From Candidatus Omnitrophota bacterium (GTDB lineage: Bacteria > Omnitrophota > Gorgyraeia > Zapsychrales > Aceulaceae): a stretch of 64,000 nt of DNA. This document shows positions 20,653 to 27,903 of this stretch, piece after piece; the first letter of the stretch is position 1, and each line of letters begins with the position of its first letter. The notes beneath the pieces were generated by a model. It was not told the DNA's origin. It worked only from the letters and a program-made list of their open reading frames with translations, and did not search any database. Both the position numbers and the translations under genes were made by a program. The stretch covers positions 219,164-283,163 of the forward strand of contig JAKQPK010000013.1 of the NCBI GenBank assembly GCA_029564765.1. Direction: 5' to 3'.

Positions 20653-22101
20653 ATGAAGATCCTTGTCCTTGTTCCTCCCAGTAAATTCGTCAAGAATGTT
20701 CCGCGTGATCTTGTCTATGGCTGCTGGTGCAAAGGAAAACGCATTGCCGGTATCCAGTTTCCGCCGCTAACATCGGTCATTGTCGCGACCGTCTTGCAAG
20801 ACGATGGGCATGACGTCACATTTTTGGACGCGGCTGGAGGATACAAGACTCTGGAATATGTGAAAGGCGTCGCGAAAGAAAAGGATGTCGTGATCCTTTT
20901 AACATCCACGATGACCGTCAATGAGGACGCGGAGGTCTTGGCACAGCTAAAAAGCGTCAATCCAAAGCTTATCTCCATTGTCTTCGGCTCACATCCTACG
21001 TTCTTGCCGGAAGAAACCTTGACAAAGAAGGGCATTGATATCGCGGTGCGCCGCGAATCCGAATATATCATTCGCGATCTGGTTCGCGCCTTTACCAAAA
21101 ATGACAACAGCTGGAAAAAAGTTCCCGGTATCGCGTTCCGCGAAGGTACAACAAGCGTTGTGAATCCCGACTATCCTTTGATCGAGAATTTAGATGCCCT
21201 TCCTTTTCCGGATCGCGCGATGCTGGATCCGTCAGTTGAGTATTTTAATCCGATCATCAAGCGCGCGCCATTTACCACGATCTACACCACGCGCGGCTGT
21301 CCGGGCAAGTGCACATTTTGTTCTTCACCATCCTTTTATGGCCGCAAGATCCGTTTTCGCAGTGCCAAAAGTATTTTAGAAGAATTGCGCATTATTAAGA
21401 AAATGGGCTACCGCGAAGTTTTTTTCCGTGATGAATTTTTTCCTGTGTCCAAAGAGCGTACGCGTGAGCTCTGCGAGGCCATGATCAGCGAAAAAATGGA
21501 TCTCACATGGATCTGCAGCGCGCGCGTGGGCACTATTGATGAAGAAACGATGCGGTTGATGAAAAAAGCCGGTTGCCATATGATCCGCTTTGGCGCAGAG
21601 TCCGGTGTTCAAAAGATCCTAGATAATGTGAAAAAAGAAATTCAAGTCGATGCGACCCGTGCAACCTTCGCGTCAGCCAATCGCGTCGGGCTCTCGACGC
21701 ATGCGCATATGATGATCGCGATGCCCGGGGAGACCAAAGAAACTATTGAACAATCTATCCAGTTTGCCAAAGAGATCAACCCGACGGTCGTCACGTTCGG
21801 AGTTATGACACCGTATCCGGGCACCGAAGTTTACGAAGAAGTGCGTAAAGCCCATCCCGAGATAGGTGATGGCAGCGCCTGTGATCTAAGCAAACTCCAC
21901 ACGCAAGGATTCTTCAATGAAGCCTTTACATCGCTTTCGCGTGAGGAAATTTCCCAGTACATCCGCAAAGCGTATTTTCAATTTTACATGCGGCCAAGTT
22001 ATATTTTTTCATGGCTTAAACGTATCAATTCGTTTGAAGAATTGCGCCGGGTTATCTTAGCCGGCCTTCAAGTGTTCAGTTTCGTAAAAGGCAACGATTA
22101 G
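20653..22101 (+). CDS. B12-binding radical SAM protein
   Basis: N-terminal cobalamin-binding domain (PPL...GSHPTFLPEE); TRGCPGKCTFC CxxxCxxC; MKKAGCHMIRFGAESG. Confidence 0.92.
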   Translation: MKILVLVPPSKFVKNVPRDLVYGCWCKGKRIAGIQFPPLTSVIVATVLQDDGHDVTFLDAAGGYKTLEYVKGVAKEKDVVILLTSTMTVNEDAEVLAQLKSVNPKLISIVFGSHPTFLPEETLTKKGIDIAVRRESEYIIRDLVRAFTKNDNSWKKVPGIAFREGTTSVVNPDYPLIENLDALPFPDRAMLDPSVEYFNPIIKRAPFTTIYTTRGCPGKCTFCSSPSFYGRKIRFRSAKSILEELRIIKKMGYREVFFRDEFFPVSKERTRELCEAMISEKMDLTWICSARVGTIDEETMRLMKKAGCHMIRFGAESGVQKILDNVKKEIQVDATRATFASANRVGLSTHAHMMIAMPGETKETIEQSIQFAKEINPTVVTFGVMTPYPGTEVYEEVRKAHPEIGDGSACDLSKLHTQGFFNEAFTSLSREEISQYIRKAYFQFYMRPSYIFSWLKRINSFEELRRVILAGLQVFSFVKGND

Positions 22102-22116
22102 TTTTAAGGAGGCATT

Positions 22117-22995
22117 ATGAGCCAAGAGTTGGATGTTTCTATTCTTATTCCTGTGTACAACGAAGAACAAGCGATCAAGGGCATCATTGACCAAGTAAGC
22201 TCGGTCATGCAGAAAGAAAAATATTCTTACGAAGTTTTGATCGTCGATGATGCTTCTGATGATAAGACACGCGAAGAGGTTGCCAAGACAAACGCGCGTT
22301 TAGTGAAGCGTTCAAGCCGGGGCGGGGCAGGAGCGGCGCGTAAAACAGGTATTCGCGCAGCCCTTGGAAAGATCGTTGTCATGCTCGACGGCGACGGAAG
22401 CTATGAAATAAACGATATCCCCAAGATGCTTGCTTTTTTTCCTGAATACGACCAGGTCAATGGGGCCCGCACCAGTGAACAAGGAACCTTAAAATATTTA
22501 CGCGCGCCGGCCAAATGGTTCATCCGTAAGCTCGCGTGTTATTTGACCGATACCAATATCCCAGACTTGAACACAGGCCTTAAGGCCTTTAAAAAAGATA
22601 TCATGCTGCGTTATCTTTGGGTTGTCCCGAATGGTTTTTCGTGTGTTACCACAATGACCTTGGCGTTTTTGTGTAATGGCCATAGCGTCAAATATATCCC
22701 CACGAGCTATTATCCGCGTATCGGCCAGTCCAAATTCCACCCCGTGAAAGACACTTACCAGTATTTTCTAACGGTTGTGCGTATGGTCACATATTTTAAT
22801 CCCTTAAAGATCTTTTTGCCGATGTCTTTTGGGCTTTTCCTGATCGGCATTGCCAAGTCGTTGTATGATTTCTTTTTTGTCATTGGGCGCTTGCAGCAAT
22901 CGGATATCATTATCCTGTTGGCATCTGTCATGATATTTTCTTTGGGGTTGTTGGCAGACTTGATCGTCGCGCAATCCCGACAACACAGCGGCTAA
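22117..22995 (+). CDS. Glycosyltransferase family 2 (polyprenol-phosphate glycosyltransferase-like)
   Basis: ILIPVYNEE, VDDASDD, MLDGDG DXD motif, two C-terminal TM helices. Confidence 0.92.
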   Translation: MSQELDVSILIPVYNEEQAIKGIIDQVSSVMQKEKYSYEVLIVDDASDDKTREEVAKTNARLVKRSSRGGAGAARKTGIRAALGKIVVMLDGDGSYEINDIPKMLAFFPEYDQVNGARTSEQGTLKYLRAPAKWFIRKLACYLTDTNIPDLNTGLKAFKKDIMLRYLWVVPNGFSCVTTMTLAFLCNGHSVKYIPTSYYPRIGQSKFHPVKDTYQYFLTVVRMVTYFNPLKIFLPMSFGLFLIGIAKSLYDFFFVIGRLQQSDIIILLASVMIFSLGLLADLIVAQSRQHSG

Positions 22996-23000
22996 AATCT

Positions 23001-24932
23001 ATGTGCGGGATCCTGGGAGCCATCTATTTTAATGGTCAACGTGCCGATGCCGGCGAGCTTTTGCGTGCCGCGCAATGGATGAAACACCGTGGACCCGACG
23101 ATGAAGGCTCCTGGGCGAAAGAAAGTGTGGGTTTCGCGCACAAGCGCCTTTCCATCTTAGACCTTTCCTATGCTGGGCATCAGCCCATGGTTTCTGCCGA
23201 CGGTCAATCGGTCATTATCTACAACGGTGAATGTTACAATTTTAAAGAACTGCGCGCTGATCTTGAGCAAAAAGGCTACACCTTCCGCTCCCACACTGAC
23301 ACTGAAGTCATTCTTTACGGCATTGAAGAATACGGCACAGGTTTTATCAGCAAGATGAACGGTATGTTCAGCTTTGCCATTTGGTCGCAGAAGCGCAACG
23401 AGCTTTTGCTTGTGCGTGACAGGCTGGGCGTCAAACCTCTTTATATTTATCACGACCGTGAAAAACTATTCTTTTCTTCCGAGATAAAACCTCTGTTAAG
23501 CCTTGGCGTGCCCGCAACGCTCAATGAGAAAATGCTGAGTTTCTTCTTTTCTCTGCGCTATTGCCCAGGCGATGAAACGCTTTTTAAAGGTATTGCCAAA
23601 CTTTCTCCGGGCCATTTTATGAAGATCAAAAAAAACGGATCTGTTGAAAAACAATGTTATTGGTCGCTTTTGGATTGCTGGGATGTCGCGCCCTATACGC
23701 TTGCCCAAGCCAAAGACAGATTTTATGAACTCTTTTCTTCGGCAGTTTCTTTGCGCCAAATAGCGGATGTCCCCGTTGGGGCGTTTCTTTCCGGCGGCAT
23801 TGACTCAAGCGCTATTGTGGCCTTAATGAAAAAGAATGAGCCCAACGTTGAAAGTTTTACGATCGGCATGGGCTCTGATATTGACGAGTCGTACGCGGCC
23901 AAGCGTGTGGCGGATTTTGTGGGTATCAGAAACGACACCTTTGCGCTTCAAAAGGGTGATTATCGTCTTTACGAAAAAGCCCTTTGGCATCTGGAAGAGC
24001 CCATCGGTGATTCGATCATTGCTCCGACATATTTGTTAGCGCAGCGCGCGGCACAGCGCCTGAAAGTCGTTGAGCTTGGTGAGGGTGCGGATGAGATCTT
24101 GGGCGGTTACATTCATCAGCTGGCGCTTACCTATGGCGAAAGCTTTAAAACGCATTTTCCGCTCCTTTCTTCGCGCGTTATTCCTTCTGTTGCCAGGATG
24201 ATGCCGCAAGTTTTTTGGGAAAAGGTTTTTCCGTATCCGGCTCAGCTGGGCGCATCGGGTGTAGCAAAGGTCGTGGATTACCTTAAAAATACTGACAAGC
24301 TGGCCAAGCGCTACTTGGGGCTTGCCGGTTTATTTGAGGAAAGCGAAAAACAAAGCCTTTTTGCCGAAAAGTTTTACCGTGATGCGATCGCGCCTACAGA
24401 TGCCTCAAGTGTTTTTGACCAATTCTTATCCAAGCAAAAGAATCCTATTTTTCAAAACCGGCTTCTCGCTCTTGATCTTCGATATTGGAATACCGACTAC
24501 ACGCTGTTGCGTATGGACAAACTCACCATGGCGCATTCCCTGGAAGCGCGCGTGCCGTATCTGGATTACCGCTTAGTCGAGTTTTGCCTGAAATTACCCC
24601 GCGAGCTAAAAACAAAAGGTTTCAAGCAAAAGATCCTTTTGCGTGAAGCGCTTAAAGGCAAGAACCTTTTGCCCCAAGAAACGATCGCCGCGCGCAAAAA
24701 AGCTTTTTATCTTCCTATCGAAAAATGTTTTGATGAGAAGTTCCAAGGCTATATGAAAGATGTCCTGCTTTCGGATTCTCTGCGACAGCGTGATATCTTT
24801 AATATGCGAAGCATTGAAAAACTTTTGAGCGCGTCCAATCGTGAGCTTGTCAACAATAAGCAGTTGATGGCGCTTTTGGTCTTTGAGCTTTGGGCGCGGA
24901 TGTTTCTGGATGGGGGATGGAAGAAAGATTAA
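23001..24932 (+). CDS. asnB: Asparagine synthetase (glutamine-hydrolysing) family amidotransferase
   Basis: MCGI N-terminus, HRGPD, RLSILDL, FLSGGIDSS, GEGADE, SLEARVPYLD. Confidence 0.95.
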   Translation: MCGILGAIYFNGQRADAGELLRAAQWMKHRGPDDEGSWAKESVGFAHKRLSILDLSYAGHQPMVSADGQSVIIYNGECYNFKELRADLEQKGYTFRSHTDTEVILYGIEEYGTGFISKMNGMFSFAIWSQKRNELLLVRDRLGVKPLYIYHDREKLFFSSEIKPLLSLGVPATLNEKMLSFFFSLRYCPGDETLFKGIAKLSPGHFMKIKKNGSVEKQCYWSLLDCWDVAPYTLAQAKDRFYELFSSAVSLRQIADVPVGAFLSGGIDSSAIVALMKKNEPNVESFTIGMGSDIDESYAAKRVADFVGIRNDTFALQKGDYRLYEKALWHLEEPIGDSIIAPTYLLAQRAAQRLKVVELGEGADEILGGYIHQLALTYGESFKTHFPLLSSRVIPSVARMMPQVFWEKVFPYPAQLGASGVAKVVDYLKNTDKLAKRYLGLAGLFEESEKQSLFAEKFYRDAIAPTDASSVFDQFLSKQKNPIFQNRLLALDLRYWNTDYTLLRMDKLTMAHSLEARVPYLDYRLVEFCLKLPRELKTKGFKQKILLREALKGKNLLPQETIAARKKAFYLPIEKCFDEKFQGYMKDVLLSDSLRQRDIFNMRSIEKLLSASNRELVNNKQLMALLVFELWARMFLDGGWKKD

Positions 24933-24936
24933 GGGC

Positions 24937-24989
24937 AGTCGTTGGTCGATAGCATTTAGTATTTAGCTAAATACTAACGACTAAATACC
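24937..24989. repeat. Palindromic array of degenerate 7-nt units
   Basis: AGTCGTT GGTCGAT AGCATTT AGTATTT AG|CT AAATACT AACGACT AAATACC; perfect 22-bp core palindrome TTAGTATTTAGCTAAATACTAA (24956-24977). Confidence 0.85.
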
Positions 24990-25017
24990 AAGGACAATCT
25001 TTTAACTGGGGGTGTTT

Positions 25018-25176
25018 ATGAAAGTACTCGGGAAATCAGTTAAAGTGTTTAAGATCAAGAATCGTCGCGGATATGCAGCACTCTGCAATGATCATTTGAC
25101 CGAAGGCTCTACGTCAGCCCAAGCCTGCGAGCGTATGGAAAAGGCGCTCAAGAGGACGGGGAAGAAGAGGAAGTAA
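25018..25176 (+). CDS. Small basic protein (52 aa), HicB N-terminal-like; absent from the ORF track
   Basis: GGGGGTG RBS, then MKVLGKSVKVFKIKNRRGYAALCNDHLTEGSTSAQACERMEKALKRTGKKRK*. Confidence 0.7.
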   Translation: MKVLGKSVKVFKIKNRRGYAALCNDHLTEGSTSAQACERMEKALKRTGKKRK

Positions 25177-25180
25177 AAAA

Positions 25181-25327
25181 GTTAGTTGAGTTTATAGAGT
25201 TTATAGAGCTTGTTGAGTCGGTTGAGTTTGTAGAGTTAACCCAATGAACGCAAAGAACACAAGAAACCCAATCAACCCAATGAACACAATGAGCGCAACA
25301 AACCCGATGAACCCAACTAGCCCAAAA
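25181..25327. repeat. Inverted array of degenerate 9-nt units centred on GTTAAC
   Basis: Six left units (GTTAGTTGA, GTTTATAGA x2, GCTTGTTGA, GTCGGTTGA, GTTTGTAGA) and ten right units (AACCCAATG-like) meeting at GTTAAC 25235-25240. Confidence 0.9.
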
Positions 25328-25376
25328 ATAGGTAGAAACGTTTTGGTTTTTCATTGGTTTTTCAGGAGGAAACGAT

Positions 25377-25565
25377 ATGGACAAGATATTTGATGCGTGC
25401 GTGGCTATATTGCTGGATATGGCAGCCTTCACCGGAACAACATACAAGACGATCAATGTGATTATTTTTTGTATTATTTGGCCGATCGTGACTTTGGCGC
25501 TTGTGCTTTTGACTTTGCGTCAACGTGATGTCATTAGAGATCTTAAAAAGCGCATTAATCGATAA
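25377..25565 (+). CDS. Small single-TM membrane protein (62 aa)
   Basis: CAGGAGG RBS; GTTYKTINVIIFCIIWP hydrophobic core. Confidence 0.75.
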   Translation: MDKIFDACVAILLDMAAFTGTTYKTINVIIFCIIWPIVTLALVLLTLRQRDVIRDLKKRINR

Positions 25566-25617
25566 GCAGAAACGCTTTGAGGGGTTTGATAGCGTGGAAT
25601 GCAAATTGAAGAGAGTT

Positions 25618-25675
25618 CAGAACGCTTCTAAATAAGTCGTTGGGATGGGGAGGGCGGGGTAGAAATATTTTGAGG
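25618..25675. repeat. Cassette-boundary element copy 1 (CAGAACGCTTCTAAATAAG, G-run tract, inverted half-site TAGAAATATTTTGAGG)
   Basis: 19-nt motif shared with 26460 and 26783; followed by GGGATGGGGAGGGCGGGG. Confidence 0.75.
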
Positions 25676-25732
25676 TCTTTTGAAGTTTTGGGGTTTTCAG
25701 AATTTTATCATAAGTGGAAAGCGAGGCGGCAG

Positions 25733-26428
25733 ATGGAAGCAGCGAAGAATAAAATGAAGGACCGTCTTTCAATGGTCGTTGGCACGATCGCGAGGACTTC
25801 TTTTTTAATTTATTGTATTGTTGTTGGTGGCGGTTACTGGTTTTTGCGTTTTGGGTTATTCGGAAATCCACAACTGACAGTTGCGTGGTGGAAGATTTTG
25901 TTTGTCCTATGTGGCGGTTTTGTTTTATTGGGGCTGATGATCTCTGCCTTAAGAGATGATATTCTATTATTTTTTAGAAGGTCAGAAAATAATAAACATA
26001 TTGACCCAGCGAGATGGATAATCTTTTTGGGTATTTTTATTTTGTCATATTTCTTGTTGATCTGGGGGCAAGGGGTAAGCCAGGCTGCATATTTAAACAA
26101 TATTTTTAGAAATTTTATATATAGCCCGGTCCCTCGGCAAGTGAAGATCATCAAAGGGTCTTATCATGCGTGGCTTGGCGAGGAAGTTTCCGTGGAGTTT
26201 GGCTGCGATCTTCAAACTTTCAACAGGATCCTTCTTGATAAAGGCTATACGCCATTGACTTCGGCGCAAAAAGATAAGTTTCGTGGCCACTTTTTCCGTT
26301 GGGATGAGGAAGGGTTTTCTTTTTATTGTCGTGATGCCGTGATGAGCGAAAGAAATCCTTATCCATGTTATTTGTTTTGGAACGCCAAGGAGAATCGAGC
26401 GTATTTTTTTTATACAGTGCCGGATTAA
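25733..26428 (+). CDS. Hypothetical membrane protein (3 TM plus soluble C-terminal domain), AT-rich
   Basis: ATG at 25733 after GAGG (alternative 25754); hydrophobic helices; the longer TTG start lies in the boundary element. Confidence 0.7.
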   Translation: MEAAKNKMKDRLSMVVGTIARTSFLIYCIVVGGGYWFLRFGLFGNPQLTVAWWKILFVLCGGFVLLGLMISALRDDILLFFRRSENNKHIDPARWIIFLGIFILSYFLLIWGQGVSQAAYLNNIFRNFIYSPVPRQVKIIKGSYHAWLGEEVSVEFGCDLQTFNRILLDKGYTPLTSAQKDKFRGHFFRWDEEGFSFYCRDAVMSERNPYPCYLFWNAKENRAYFFYTVPD

Positions 26429-26459
26429 AAGAATGAAACGCCTCAGGAATGAAACGCCC

Positions 26460-26520
26460 CAGAACGTTTTTAGATAAGTCTTTTGGGTGGGGATGGTTTT
26501 GGCAGGCAGGATCGTTAGGG
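26460..26520. repeat. Cassette-boundary element copy 2
   Basis: CAGAACGTTTTTAGATAAG (26460-78), then GGGTGGGGATGGTTTTGG and a diverged half-site CAGGATCGTTAGGG. Confidence 0.75.
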
Positions 26521-26544
26521 CATAAAAATAAATAAGGAGAGAAA

Positions 26545-26796
26545 ATGAATTCAATTTTAGCGCCTGTTCTAATCTTTGCTGTTGCTGTGTTGATCTGTGG
26601 GATCATCGCGCATTTTTTGACAAACCTTGTCAGGAAGAAGACATCGAATCAGGTTGTCGTGAATATTGCTTTTGCTGTCTTTATTTTCTTACTTTTGTTC
26701 TTGTTTTTTATGTGGGGCTCATCTCAGCCTTTGCGTCATTCAGATTTTCAAAGGTCAAGCTCCCAAAACCCCCAAAAACCCTCAGAACGTTTCTAG
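26545..26796 (+). CDS. Small 2-TM membrane protein (83 aa)
   Basis: AAGGAG RBS; two hydrophobic helices; stop codon lies inside boundary element copy 3. Confidence 0.7.
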   Translation: MNSILAPVLIFAVAVLICGIIAHFLTNLVRKKTSNQVVVNIAFAVFIFLLLFLFFMWGSSQPLRHSDFQRSSSQNPQKPSERF

Positions 26797-26836
26797 ATAA
26801 GCTGTGGGGGTTGGGAAGAGTGGGTGTAAGCGAGGG
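26783..26836. repeat. Cassette-boundary element copy 3
   Basis: CAGAACGTTTCTAGATAAG (26783-801), followed by GGGGG-TT-GGG-AAGAGT-GGG-TGTAAGCGA-GGG. Confidence 0.75.
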
Positions 26837-26887
26837 AAGATTGCTTTGGTCAATAGAGGCCTGCAGAAACAATGAAAGGAGATCATC

Positions 26888-27304
26888 GTGGCGGTAAAGA
26901 ATATCTACATTACGGATAACGATATGAAGCGATTGCGAGAATTGATCATGGTGGCAAGGCAATTCAAGAAAGAGGAAGAAAAATATTTGCAGGAACTGGA
27001 AAATGAGCTAAATCGTGCTCAAGTCGTCAGCGCTCAAAATATTCCACCTGATGTCATCACCATGAATTCCGAAGTCCATTTACGGGACCTGGAAACTCAT
27101 GAGGAGACAGCCTATCGATTAGTTTTTCCTGACCAGGCGGACGCGGGCGTAGGAAAGATCTCGATCCTGGCGCCGATCGGCACGGCCTTGCTGGGATACC
27201 GTGTCGGCGATGAGATCCAATGGCAGGTCCCTGCGGGTATAACCAAATTCAAGGTGGAGAAGATCCTTTATCAGCCTGAGTCCAGCGGGCATTATCATTT
27301 GTGA
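26888..27304 (+). CDS. rnk: Nucleoside diphosphate kinase regulator (GreA/GreB C-terminal-like)
   Basis: IYIT..D..RL, ELNRA.VV, PDVITMNS, ISILAPIGTALLG, ILYQPE. Confidence 0.92.
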   Translation: MAVKNIYITDNDMKRLRELIMVARQFKKEEEKYLQELENELNRAQVVSAQNIPPDVITMNSEVHLRDLETHEETAYRLVFPDQADAGVGKISILAPIGTALLGYRVGDEIQWQVPAGITKFKVEKILYQPESSGHYHL

Positions 27305-27369
27305 AAAGAAGGGCAGATAAAAAGGACTGGCGTTTTTAGGATTTATTAACACAAATAACGGAGGGTAAT

Positions 27370-27840
27370 ATGGCAGAGCAAGGTCATTCATCACAAGGCA
27401 AGGGAACATTTCTTAACGTGGCTATTATTTTTGTCCTGGCGGTTTTAGCGATGTTGCTTTTTCAGCTGTTCCGCGGACCGCAACCAAGACAATGCCCGCT
27501 TTCACGCCAAGTGATACAGCAGGAAGTTTTCGCGCCTAAAGGTGCTGCGCAAGAAGAGGCTGTGCTGGTCGAGCAGGCGGCTGTTGTTCCTGCTGCAGTT
27601 GTTGCGCAAGGAAAATTTTTTATCCAGGCGGCTTCATTCCAGGATAAGGCCAAGGCCGATAGCGTGGCAGAGAAGTTAAAAGCAAAAGGCCATGAGGCGG
27701 TTGTTGAATCCAAAGACTTGGGAGAAAAAGGAATTTGGTATCGTGTGCACGCTGGGTCTTTTGAAACCAAAGAGCAGGCGCAAGAAGTCTTGAACAGCAT
27801 CAAGCAAGAGCACCCAGGGTCTTTTATTAAGGAGCGATAG
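27370..27840 (+). CDS. Membrane-anchored SPOR-domain protein
   Basis: N-terminal TM; FIQAASF...A...L..KG, WYRV.AG.F.TKE.A. Confidence 0.9.
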   Translation: MAEQGHSSQGKGTFLNVAIIFVLAVLAMLLFQLFRGPQPRQCPLSRQVIQQEVFAPKGAAQEEAVLVEQAAVVPAAVVAQGKFFIQAASFQDKAKADSVAEKLKAKGHEAVVESKDLGEKGIWYRVHAGSFETKEQAQEVLNSIKQEHPGSFIKER

Positions 27841-27903
27841 AGAAAAGATCAGGTTGGCCGTAGGTAGCGGACAGGTATTTTTTTTAAAGAACAGAGGACC
27901 ATC

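Noticed and set aside
25181-25327. CRISPR array interpretation of the 9-mer repeats
   Set aside because: Units are 9 nt, contiguous and degenerate, with no unique spacers; no cas genes in the window.
25148-25456. Minus-strand 102-aa ORF with HWV/NST repeats
   Set aside because: Translation of the 9-mer array; it overlaps two better-supported plus-strand ORFs.
25618-26836. Canonical integron attC or Xer dif/pdif sites
   Set aside because: Only one GTTAGGG (about 26514) resembles an R' box, with no complementary RYYYAAC or L boxes. The ...ATAA arm is not followed by a 6-nt spacer and TTAT arm. No intI or xer gene is present.
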